Assembly: GCF_006345805.1 (NCBI RefSeq)
Contig: NC_043003.1
Span: 30,628,001-30,692,000, forward strand
Source: Octopus sinensis
Taxonomy: Eukaryota
Direction: 5' to 3'
DNA length: 64,000 nucleotides
Shown here: positions 48,581 through 61,479 of the stretch, one piece after another
Layout of the letters: each line of letters begins with the position of its first letter
Position numbering within the stretch: position 1 is the stretch's first letter
Made by a program: the position numbers and the translations under genes
Notes under the pieces: model-generated
What the model was told of the DNA's origin: nothing
Database searches by the model: none
Seen by the model: the letters and a program-made list of their open reading frames with translations, nothing else

Positions 48581-49679
48581 CTTCAAAACTTAAAACCTTG
48601 TGCTCTATAGTAGATATGATTATTAATTTCAATTAAATTTCTTACAAATTACACATTAAGGAAAGTATACTCGATTTAACCGACTTTAATACATAATTAA
48701 TCAATGCTGTATTGTGCTGCGTCCTTTATACAAACAAATGAAGTTTTAGACATTCACTACTTTTCACTGGTTTAAAGGACTAACGAAAGAGAACTATATC
48801 TGTTAGCGATGCACTTACTATATAAACAGAAGTAGAACTCAACTCTAGACTCTCTCTCTCTCCTTGGCAGACATCAGCTAGAGACAGAAATGGTCGTTGC
48901 TTATTCTTTTGTTAATGTAGTCTAAGACACGTTTTATTAGAATGAGATATGAATTCGCCGTATCTCGATTCCAATCGACTACATATATCGATTTCTGATA
49001 TCCCAGGAACAATTTCCAACTCACATTACACCTGACATCCACAACGCACGAATGCGCGCACGCACACACTTATGTAACATATATATTGTTATTTTTGCAA
49101 CACATTTGGAAGACAAATGTGTTGTAAAAATATACATATCCATATTATACTCAATACAATATACACATTTGTATTTGAATATCGTTACTTCTCTTTGTGT
49201 TTATCATACTACATTAGATTTAATGGGCTCTTTTAGATTTAAAAACCCATTAAATTTCACTGAATCCCACTGAAGCTAATTGAGGTCCTTTTAAGTTTTT
49301 GGACCTCTTCAAATTGTGTGGATCCCCAAGATTGAATGGGAACCTCTTTATTATGTTATGTTTTGAAGTAGTAAGTTCGTATGGGCCCCGCCAACTGTAA
49401 ATTCGGCTCTGGTTGTAAAAAAAAAGAAAGAACTTAAACACATGCATGCGTTCCCACCCTACGCCACAGTTCCATTCAGACATATTAGGTGAAAGTTCGT
49501 TTACTTTCCCACATTTGAAAGGCTTTTCAACATGAAACCGTTCGGTAACATCGATTGACTTTTATCAGACTAGATTTACAATATATAAAAATGTAGCAGA
49601 AGTGATTTACACTATCATTGTTTGAGATGTTTTCATTTTGACTCGTCTAGGCTTAAATACCTTAATATCAGCTCCACAA

Positions 49680-50771
49680 GGTACGAAAAATACTCCTCCA
49701 GTAGTCCTGACCTCGTCTATAGAATTCGTATTTTTTCCGTCTAAATGATTTTGAAGACTGCGGAATAAATGGTAATCAGATGGGGCAATGTTCGGTGAAT
49801 ATGGTGAGTGGAGCATCGTTTCCCATTCAAACTATTCCAGCCTTTGGAATAGCATCCTCGCCGTATGTGACCGAGCATATTATCCATTTGGAAGAACACC
49901 TTTCGTCTTGAAACCAAAGATGGTCGTTTTTCTTCTAGCGCTCGAGTAGATCTCCTTTGTAATCATTTGGCTTGGGTTTAAAAGTTCAAGGTGGACTAAA
50001 CTTTTCATATCCCACCAAACAAATAACATTACCTTACGTGTTGAAGACCTTCTTTAACTTGGAGTGCCGGTGTTTCTCCTTTCTCTGCCCACTGTCTTCA
50101 GCGTTTGACATTTTTATAGGGAACCTATTTCTCATCACCAGTCACTATTCGGTCCAAAAAAGGTTCATTCATGAGACGTGACAGCAAAGAAGAGAGCACA
50201 TATTCACTCTCTGCGCGCGATTAGACTCTTAAAGTTTGTGAGGAACCAATTGACTCGATTTGCTGACTTTTCCGATGGTACGCAAGTGTCAATGAATGGT
50301 TGAATGACCAAATCCAGGCTTCTGTTACGATGGGATTTTACTCCAGCAGAGTTTGCAGGACATTGTCGTTGAGCTATATAGATCTTCCAGGATGAAGCTC
50401 GACTTTTAGGCTGTAGTTTCCAACTTGAAATTTCTGGAACCACCGTTGACTCTGGCTTACGCTTATTGTCCAATCCCCATATACTGCATTAATATTCCTC
50501 GCATTTTGCGTTGCGTTGTTGCCTTTATTAAACTCATAAAGCAAAATATGCTGAATATGTTCCTTTGTCACTTCCATTATAGCTTTGAAAAAACAATTGT
50601 TAAAATCGAACAGGACTCTTCAAAATTTGCACTAAGAATAAACACAAGCTAAAATTACTACCTGCTTTTACAGCATGTTGATGCAGGTAGTTTATCCCAT
50701 CCCCCTCCGACTTTTTGTTCATGCAATTGAAAAAAAAAAAAAACCCGCATTAGTTATAGGATGACACAACA
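49680..50771 (-). mobile_element. Decayed mariner (DD34D) transposon, 3' end missing
   Basis: MEVTKEHIQHILLYEFNKG...RWFQKF helix-turn-helix region, DRIVTGDEK, FQMDN and YSPNIAPSDYHLF. TIR-like end at ~50745-50771. Confidence 0.88.
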
Positions 50772-52439
50772 TTCACAGACAGCCAAACACACACACGCTG
50801 ATGTTACTTGCATTCATATTTTCTACAAGAGTAAAACAAACTTGTTCCAGGTAGGATGTGAACTCAGAGCATTCAAATACCAACTTAATGTATGTGCTAT
50901 GGAGTTGCAGTATCCAAGAGGTAAACATGCCTGTGAATTCCTTACGGATCGAAAACACGACGGATTATTTCGATCGGATAGGTACTTAACATTTTCACTA
51001 CAACAACCGGGGCCTATGAGTACCCAAAGGTAGCTCTAGCTGCAACTCAAATATTACGATGCTATATTTTTGTTTACTACTCTGCCGGTTTCAATGAAGT
51101 ATATTATTTATGGAACGTTGACTTTTATGTTCATATTGATATTTCAAGTCATAGATAGTGAATGTCATCGCAGTTGTTGAGGTGCTCAGTTATTGACACA
51201 GTTCTCACTGTGTTTACGTCTCCTTTTATCGATTGTATTATTTTCACAAAGGAGGATGATTATAATGTCATGGCAACAAGAATCGCTTTGGTATTTAACA
51301 TGAAAGACAAAAAAAAAAAAAAGTTCCATTATTTTAAAGCACTTCCTTGTTTCAACAATTAAATGACGAATTGTTAAAACCACCTCAAGTAGAGCAAAGA
51401 AAAGTACTATTTTTGTTTAAGTTTAAGTATGGGAATTAAAGTTAGGGTGCAAAGGTTTCCGGGATGGTTCATAAAATGAAAGAATGATTAAACAAACAGA
51501 CGAACGAATCATAGAATATGTTGCAGTATGCAGTATGTTGCTTTAGGGTTGTCTCCCTTTATATTAAGCTAATTCTTTCTATTAATTAGAATATATTTAT
51601 ACATTTATTCATATATCCGTATTTAAAACGTGTAAGCCAAAAAATATATGTTAATGGAATATATTTGATGTATTTCACCTTTATTTACTAATTTATTTAT
51701 TGACGATCAATATTTTGTTCAACATCAGAAATTGACTTAAATAAGATGCAATAATAATATATTATTGTATTAAACAAAAACAAAATAACATTTATGACAT
51801 AAGCGACCTCGGCTTAGCTTTAACCATGTTTAATGTCGGAACGCGTCTCCATACAAATAAACAACACCGAGACTAACCCAACTGTTTGTATGTTTGTACA
51901 ATAACAAATCATGTAAGTAACTATCTCTAATTACTTAGTGTACACACAGTATTTATTCTTGAACAAAATGAAAGTCACAGGCAGTATATACGTATGTATG
52001 TCCGGTTTCTTTTTCTAAGTAAATTGGTCAACCCCCCCACGTAATGACAAACCCCCGACACAAGTGGACGTGAAAATAGAAAATAAACACAGAAAAAAAC
52101 ACCATAACAGACAAAAGACAAAGAAACTTCGCATCGGACAGAATCACTTCGAGTTATTATTGCTTTTTGAATTTTTCTTCTACGATGTATGTTATAATTT
52201 TTTTTTAATATCTTCATTTGTTTGGTTTCGTCAGGTGAAATGTCTTGTGTACTTTTATTTGACTTGTAATGTTTTGTTGGGTGTTGTCCTTGTAGCCGAT
52301 AAATAATTCGCTGTTGTGATTATTATTACTTAATTGATCTGAATAGCAACACAAAACAAACACTAAAATACAATGTTAAAGAAAACGTAGTAACTGGATG
52401 TATATTATACAAACATATATAATAAATACTTATGTACGC

Positions 52440-52493
52440 ATATCCATCCATCCATCTACCTACCTACCTATCTACCTACCTACCTACCTACCT

Positions 52494-52582
<89 letters not shown>

Positions 52583-52589
52583 AATCTAA

Positions 52590-52638
<49 letters not shown>

Positions 52639-52677
52639 AATCTAACTATCTATCTATCCATTAATCAATCAATCTAA

Positions 52678-52710
<33 letters not shown>

Positions 52711-52795
52711 AATCTAACTATCTATCTATCCATTAATCAATCGATCTAACTATCTATCTATCCATCAATCAATCAATCTAACTATCTATCTATCG

Positions 52796-52867
<72 letters not shown>

Positions 52868-52876
52868 CATCAATTA

Positions 52877-52950
<74 letters not shown>

Positions 52951-52975
52951 TTATCTATCTATCTTTCTATCTAAT
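52440..52975. repeat. Long compound (ATCT)n/(ATCA)n/(ACCT)n microsatellite
   Basis: Directly visible. Other (TA)n, (CA)n and (GA)n tracts occur at ~38000-38400, 40800-40875, 42000-42103, 58844-59010 and 61300-61470. Confidence 0.95.
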
Positions 52976-55900
52976 CTCTGACACGCTTTCTTAAAAATAA
53001 AAGTTTTGGCGCAAGTCGCTCATTGTAATCATGGATAACGTTATCAGAATTAGTGGTTCCCAAATTCTTTAATTGCTTAATGTTATCAACCGGTCTTTGC
53101 TCTCGAAAAGGCCTTAAACTGGATTAAAAGAAACGGTTTCTGTTGTATATACAATATAAACACACATTAATACATACTGTCATGTAAGGCATATCAGCCG
53201 CAACTATCCTGTCTTTTTTTTTTGTTTTTTTGTTATGACAGTAGGATGTGTGGGATTTCATAATTTTACCGTTATTCCAAGCAGTTCAACCTACTGCGTA
53301 TAGGCTGTTTTTGTTGTTGTTAAGCCGTAGGCTAACTCTGATCGAGAAAACCTATAATAAAAAGCATCCCAGTCATGACCATCGTGTCCTTTTGTATATC
53401 AGGTACTACATTGTTGTTGAAAGTGTCCTTTGTCTAAGATTGTAGGGTATGTGATACGAAGAGATTTTGGCTGCTATTTCTTGCAATTTGGGCGACTGCG
53501 CAAACGCTCCATTGCTGCCTCGGATTTATTTGAGTTATTGTTCATATTCGCAGATCATTTCTGAGTGAGCTGTCTTACGATCAAATAGATCTCAAGACAG
53601 CTCAGTCATCACGTCAATCATCAGTGAACAGTTCATGCCATCCAATGTATCCTTCACGCACACCCGCATCATCATAATCGTCAGCGTTGTTTTAACGTCC
53701 ACTTTTCCACGTTTGAATAGGTCAGACAAATGTCGTTGAGGCGGACTCACTATGACTGGATGTCCTTCCTGTTGCCAACTCTCACTCGTTTCCAGGCAAG
53801 ATAGTGTTTCCCCATGACCAAACATGTTTACATGGAAAGTTGGATATGATCAATACTACTTGCATGATAATGACATGACACTCATTTACAATTATTGCAT
53901 GAAATCAAGACACACACACACACACACACACACGATAGGCTTCTTTCAGTCTCCATCTACCAAATCCACTTATAAGGCTTTGGTTAGCCTAGGCTATAGT
54001 GGTAGTCACTAAGGTGCTGTGAACCTGAAACCACATGGTTGGGAAACAAACTTCTTAATGACATAGCCGTATATATCTATATATATATATATATATGCAT
54101 GTGTGTGTGTAGCTGTGTGGTTTAAGTACATGGCCTTGTGGGTAGGGTATTGCCCTCACGATTACGAAATCATGATTTTGATTTTCAGACCAGGTGGTGC
54201 ATTGTGTTCTTGAAAAAAGCACTTCACCTGTAGAGGCAATGTCAGTTTGATGGAGAGAGTGAGATAATGTGCAATACGAATTTTGATCATTATATATAAA
54301 TAAAAAAAAAAAATCATCTTTGTGGTGGTTATTTGACAAGAAATTACAGAACTTTCATCCGTCATCTAATGACATGAAAGTTCATGATATATATGTCTTT
54401 TCTGGAATGTTGGATCTCAAAGCAGCTGATGCTATAAATAATAGCATGTATAAGCCCTTAAGAGAGAAAGTCAAAGGCTGCCCATCAACAATATATGTTC
54501 ATATTACTTGCTGAGTCTAGAGGTAGGGACTGTGCCCTTGACTTTTACAGCCCCTCTAAGAATAATGATATTGCTGCTGTTAATGATCCACTTAAGCTGT
54601 TTCAAGTTGACAATTGGAGGAAAGATATGAGCATGCAAGAGATTCTGAGAGCTGACATTCTGGGAAGAAAGGACTGTGTGTAGGAGTTAGTTCTGGGAGT
54701 CTGGACACAGTATGGGTGATGAAAAGAGTAGAATTGGGTGTGTATGATTGGAGGTGGCATAAGACCAGTGAGTAGCACTAAAAAAGGCAAAGAGAGGGGA
54801 TAGCATACTGGTGGGAAAGAAACTAGAGCTTGTCTGTAAATGATTTTATACCAATCAGTCAAGTGGCTTTTCTCTAGGTGTGGTCTAGAATATTTTTGTT
54901 TGCAGTTCAAAGTACAACAAGAGTGAGACCATAGACCTTCTCATCTAAGAAGAATACAATGAGAAAGAGGATCATTATGGGTGTAGGGTGAGCCAGAAGC
55001 ACAAACAAGGTTGTTGAGCAAATATAGTGGCTCTTTACAGTTACACACACACATGTATGTATATATGTTGAAATTATCAGTGTATTTTGCTATTCTTTCA
55101 TCAGTTATTAATAAGAAATTGGTTGATGACTCACAAAATTGCTACATATATACTATTTTTGTGTGTATATGTATGCATGTGTGCATATACATACATACAG
55201 ATATATATATATATCTGTATGTATGTATATACATACATACAGATATATCTAGCTCCCGTGCGTGTGGCACATAAAAACCATTATTCCAGTGTGATCGTTA
55301 CCTGCATTACCTTACTGGCACGTGAAAAACAACTTTTGAGCGAGGTTGTTGCCAAGTGCCGCCGGACTGGCTCCTGTGCAGGTGGCACATAAAAAACACC
55401 ATTTGAGCATGCCTGTCGCCAGAACCGCCTAACTGGCCCTCGTGCTGGTGGCACGTAAAAGCACCCATACACTCTTGGAGTGGTTGGTGTTAGGAAGGGC
55501 ATCCAGCTGAGTAGAATTGCATTGAACAGTGTGTTCTTTGTATAAAATGGTAGAGTAAAATTTTGAGGAAATTTAGCTGCTATATTTTGCAGCTTAAATA
55601 ACCAAATAGAGGCTCCTTTGTTAGTTTGTAAAGTTGTTGCTAAGTCCCAGATTAACCTTGAGCAAACAGACCCATGATAAAAGGCATTCCATCCATGGTT
55701 GTCCCCAATTTTTTAGAGTATCTAGGACTTCACTACTCATTGTGTATCTCGGACAACACTATTCATTGTGTTCCTTGTTTTTCACAGGTGGTAGGGTGTC
55801 ATTTGAGAGATTTTGCTCACACATTGAGCAGCTGTGTAGATCAGGCAGGGCAATATTTATTGAGAAATGGACTGCATGAAACTTGGATCATCATTAGGCA

Positions 55901-56340
55901 GGCCACACTTCTAAAATAATTCAAGGTAATTATTTTATTAGGTAAGCCTTTGGGAAAGTTCCACAGACCACAGGTTATCCATGACTGGTGGAGATGCTCC
56001 CTCATTGGCTTGTAACTTGAAGAGTTATGAAAATATATATCAGTAATATACAGTAGCTAGTTTGATGGATTATGCCTCTCCTTTACAAAAATAGTTCGAC
56101 TTTGTTGTCTCATAAAAAAAAAATTATTATTGGTTACCTTTTAAAGTTGAAACAGTAGAAAGTAAAACTGAATATATATTATCTACATATATTATCCAGT
56201 AAAGTACAAAGTCCAGTATCTTGTTTGAATATCATGTAATACATATCCTGCATTCAAAACATGCTGTAATTCACTTAATATTTCATTCTTCCTTCCCTAT
56301 ACTATGTCAGTTGACCATTCTACTTTTATTTGATAGCATA

Positions 56341-56997
56341 ATAATAATAATGATTTCAGATTTTGGCACAAGGCCAGTAAGTTCAGGGGAGGGGGTAAGT
56401 TGTTTACATTGACCCCAGTAATCGACTGCTACTTATTTGATTGACCTTGAAAAGATGAAAGGCAAAGTTGACTTTGGTGGGATTTGAACTCAGAATGTAA
56501 AGATGGATGATATGCTGTTAATAATAATAATAATTCTTTCTGTTGTAGATTCAAGGCCTGAAATTTGTGGGGAGGGGACTAGTTGATTATATCAGCCACA
56601 TTACACAGCTAATACTTATTTCATTGACCATGGAAAGATGAAAGGCAAACTCAACCTCAGTGGGATTTGAACTGAGAATGTTATGATAAATGAAACACTG
56701 CTAAACATTTTGTCCAGCATGCTAACAATTCTGCCAGTTTGCAACCTTTAATAATAATGCTTTCTGTTATAGGCCCAAGGCCTGACTTCCTTTCTATTAT
56801 AGGCACAAGGCCTGAAATTTGGGGGAGGGGCGCTAGTTGATTACATTGATACCAGTGCTCAACTTATACTTATTTTATCATGCCCAAAATGATGAAAGGC
56901 AAAGTCAACGTCAGCAGAATTTGAATTCAGAACTTAAAGATGGATGAAATGTCGTGAGGTATTTTATCCAGAAGGCTAATGATTCTGCCTTTCACTG
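56341..56997 (-). mobile_element. Three head-to-tail degenerate SINE copies
   Basis: Units begin at (AAT)n tracts near 56341, 56521 and 56751. Each has GATGAAAGGCAAAGTxxAC...GGATTTGAACT. Confidence 0.75.
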
Positions 56998-58501
56998 CCT
57001 TATTAATAATATTAATTGTAATAAAAAAGGCTGTAGCAAAATGTGGGTCAGCTGACTGGTGTTGCGTACACAACTTGCTGGAAACTCATTTTGTCTGTAT
57101 TGTCATTTTTCAACATAACTGTGTAATTATTTCAAAAGGAATTATACTTTGGCACCTTTTCAAGCTATACTTGAAATCATTTGGCAATGAGGAAGGTCTC
57201 TCTGTGATCTCTTTTGCTGCAAGCAAAAAAGAAATCAGTGAAAATCTTAAATTTTCACCCTATCATTAGAAAAAGAATAAAAAGGACATATTGAATAGTG
57301 TAGATGCACAGGATGACCTCAGAATATCTTTGACCATTGGTCTACTCTGTTAGAGCTGACCAGTGGTTAAATGACAACACGTAAACCCTCCTGTTTTTTT
57401 TTTTGTTTTGTTTGTTTCGTCTTAACCAATTTCTTTTAACCCTGTCAAATTTAATATTTATTTATTTAACATTCTTTTGAATTAACCAGGCATTATCTTG
57501 TAGTTTTGAGATTTTGATGGTATGGCTGTTTATGTTTAGAATGACACTGTAGGGTTGGTGTTAGAGGCCAGGTTTTGACATTTTGAGCATTGATCATGAA
57601 GAATATTTGGGACGGATATGTCCAGCTGAAATGCTAAAGGGTCAATCCCTTCCTTTCCACAGAAGTCTAAGAAGTTACTGAGTCTCTGTTAACTTACATC
57701 TTTGATATGCTGATTAGAAGGTCATAATTTCAATCTGTGCTACATCCATTGTGTTGTGTCTGCAGGCTTGATCCAAGTCTATGTTTATATTCATTCAGTA
57801 ACTTGTATTAGGAAATAATGTATGATCAAGAACTATAAGCTTTACATCAACTTTTTTGCATGCAGATATTCATATATGCCACAAATATTACATCCATGAT
57901 CATGAAAATATCATCATCTAGTGTCTGGGTCTTAGACTTTATTTGAGGCAGATTTTATATAACTGGATGCCCTTCCTGTTGCCAGCCCACACCTGTTTCT
58001 AAGTAAAGTAATATTTTCCCATGTCAAGACATGTTCTTGCAGAATGCCGGAAGTAAATGATACTGCTTTTATAACAGTGGTGTTCATTTATAACTATCAT
58101 ATGATGTCAAAACAAGGAGATACACACACATACACCAACCAACCAACCAACCAGGCTGCTTTTTCTACTTCTCATTTTCTCTATATCTGATTTGCTATTT
58201 CTGTTGTGTAGGTCCAACCTGCTATTTCACCACTTTTATTTTTATTTATTTCCCTACATAAACAACATACAATGCTTAACTGTTACTCAATGTAAGTGTA
58301 CACCTTTTGAAGTAAGTGTAATGAAATGGCACTCTAATGTGTAAAACAACAAATATTATGTCACTTTTCACATGGAATTTTTACGTACAATGGTGTTAAA
58401 AACAGAGTGGTATTGACAATTGTAACTGGCTATTAAAGATGTGCTAAACACTTTCTTTCTCTTATTTGGATTATGTGTGTGTGTATATATATATATATAT
58501 A

Positions 58502-58841
58502 AAGGGTAAATCCCCACTTTAGTCATGAATGACCATGGGATTGCACCTAGAAAGTTACCCTCTGAGGCACAAGTCCGGGCAAGGTTGTTTATGGAAGACC
58601 AGCAGTCACACTTGCATTCCAGCCTCCCCTCTCCACGTCACCAGTGAAAGTATCCAAGAGAAAGGCAAAGGCTGATACAGCTTGGCACAAATGATGTCAC
58701 AACTCATTTGTGCAGCTAATTGGAGCAATGTGAAATAAAGTGTCTTGCTCAATAACACAACACACAGCCCAGTCTGGGAATCAAACTCACTAGCTCATGA
58801 TTGTGAGCCTGATACTCTAACCATTGAGCCATGCGCCTTCA

Positions 58842-58843
<2 letters not shown>
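58502..58843 (-). mobile_element. tRNA-derived SINE, third family; a related copy lies at ~54100-54290 (+)
   Basis: Minus strand GTGAAGGCGCATGGCTCAATGGTTAGAG (A box), GAGTTTGATTCCC (B box), then TGTGTTATTGAGCAAGACACTTTA core. Confidence 0.75.
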
Positions 58844-58896
<53 letters not shown>

Positions 58897-58903
58897 CACA
58901 CAC

Positions 58904-58950
<47 letters not shown>

Positions 58951-58957
58951 CACACAC

Positions 58958-59001
<44 letters not shown>

Positions 59002-60202
59002 GCATACATACACATAATCTCTCTCGTCTTCCCCCTACCAACTGTATCTTTGCTATACTATTGATCCCCTATAAAACCATGTTTCACCTTTCATAGCATT
59101 CCCTTTTTTCTCCTCTTCTCACCTTTGCACATTCATGTACTCCTTGCCCACTAGCCATGTTCAATCCCAATCCACTCTATTCACATTTACCACCTTGTAC
59201 CTTGAGGGTATGCACTGGCATGTCACCACCATCTTTCTTTCTCTCTCCCTTTTTTTCTGACTCGAGTAACAATGTATCTCCTCTACAGAAAGACACCTGT
59301 TTCTGTCCCTTTATCATAGTTTAACCTCTCACCACCCAGCACAAAGCCAACTCTCTCAATATCACTCCCCTGTTTCAGTCACGAGTATTTTATCTTGCAA
59401 GTTACTTGGTGACCCCACAGGTGCTGGTACCACACAAAAAGCACCCAGTACATTCTGTAAAGTAGTTGGCATTAGTAAAAACATCTAGCTGTAGAAACCA
59501 TGCCAAAGCAGACGGTGGTGCTTGGTGCAGTTCTCTGGCTTGCCAACTCTTGTCAAATTGTCCAACCCCTGCCAGCATGGCAATTAAATAATAATATTCA
59601 CACACATATATACATTTATATATATATATACAAGCAAAACGCCCCCTGTCCAATGGACGGTGCTGAATCATATCTGATGAATAAAAACCAATCAGTGTTT
59701 TCTTTTCATTAAAAAATAATTAAGCATGCCTTTATTTCAATAAAATTTTTGGTTTTGTTAAACGAAGTTAAGGCAAAAAAAAAAAAAACTTCTCCTTCCT
59801 TCATCCCAAGTTTGAAGAAAATATCTCTTTTGCATCTTACTTTTTGGGTCTCTTAAATATACTGCATTTTGTGGCATTATTTCAAGCCAACCGGCTTTTT
59901 TTGCGCAAAATGCATGTGCATTTTTCTCACATACGCGTAGTATTGATTGCAACAGCTGACGTACTTTCATGTACAAATGCACGTTCCCACGGCTTTATCG
60001 ATCGCATTCTCACCTGGAATCGGTTTTTGTAATTCTTTCAAGACTTATACATGCCCTGATACTGTCGGTATCTACATATGAAATTTGAGCGCAATCACAT
60101 GTAGGATGCCCGAGATCCTAGAAGACACACACACAGACAGACAGAACGGATTTTATATAATAGATATGCATGTATGTTTATAAATATATACAGATATATA
60201 TT

Positions 60203-60420
60203 CTCTTTTACTTGTTTCAGTCATTTGACTGTGACCATGCTGCAGCACTACCTTGAAGTGTTCTTAGTTGAACAAATTGACCTCAGGACTTTTTTTGTAA
60301 GCCTAGTACTTACTCTATCAGTCTCTTTTGCCAACTGCTAAGTTACGAGGACATAAACACACTAACACCAGTTATCAAGTGGTGATGGGGGGACAAACAC
60401 AGATATAAAGACACACATAG
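60203..60420 (-). mobile_element. tRNA-derived SINE; partial copies lie inside the 597-bp duplication
   Basis: CTTTTACTTGTTTCAGTCATTTGACTG...CTAAGTTACG...AAACACAC...GGGGGACAAACACAGA, shared with 24560-24720 and 25157-25317. Confidence 0.7.
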
Positions 60421-60519
60421 ATATATACATACATGTACCGGAACATCTCGCTGTGCTTGAGGAGACCTGTTGAGTCAAGTGCATGTACATGAACATCGAA
60501 CCAAATATCAATGGAAACA

Positions 60520-61022
60520 GTAGTTGTGATACCTGTGCCGGTGACACATAAAAAGCACCATCCGAACGTGGCCAAGCACCATCCGAACGTGGCCGTTGCC
60601 AGTGCAGCCTCCACTGGCTTCTGTGCCGGTGGCACATAAAAAGCACTATCCGAACGTGACCGATGCCAACCCTGCCTCGAATGGCTTCTGTGCCGGTGGC
60701 ACATAAAAAGCACCATCCGAACGTGGCCGATGCCAGCACCGCCTTGACTGGCTTCTGTGCCGGTAGCACATAAAAAAAAGCACCAACCGATCGTGGCCGA
60801 TGCCAGACCCCTCTGGCACCTGTGCAGGTGGCACGTAAAAAGCACCCACTACACTCGCGGAGTGGTTGGCGTTAGGAAGGGCATCCAGCTGTAGAAACAC
60901 TGCCAGACCAGACTGGAGCCTGGGGCAGCCCCTGGCTCCCCAGACCCCGGTCGAACCGTCCAACCTGTGCTAGCGCGGAAAACGGACGTTAAACGATGAT
61001 GATGATGATGATGATGATGATA
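60520..61022 (+). mobile_element. RTE LINE 3' UTR with five ~67-bp tandem units and a (GAT)n tail
   Basis: TGTGCCGG(T/C) units at 60534, 60622, 60689, 60756 and 60821. Ends AAACGGACGTTAAACGATGATGATG. Similar fragments near 53560-53720, 55250-55510, 57960-58120 and 59390-59590. Confidence 0.88.
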
Positions 61023-61396
61023 TATGATGGTCTTCTTTCAGTTTTCATTTACCAAATCCACTCACAAGGCTTTGGTTGATCTGAGGCTAGAGTAGAAAAC
61101 GCTTACCCAAGGTGCCACACAGTAGGACTTAACCCGTAACCATGTAGTTGGGAAGCAAGCTTCTTACCACACAGCCATGCTTGTGCCTATATATATATAT
61201 AAATGGATGAATGAATTATCTTTTATTTACAGTTAACATGGAAAATTCAATAAACAGTTACCAGGGTAGCAAAATTCACGCAAGTAACAAGGATGTAGTG
61301 ACCCATATATATATATATATATACACACACACATATATATATACACACACACATATATATATACACACACATATATATATATATACACACACAAAC

Positions 61397-61453
<57 letters not shown>

Positions 61454-61479
61454 GTTATTTATATACATATGTATATATT

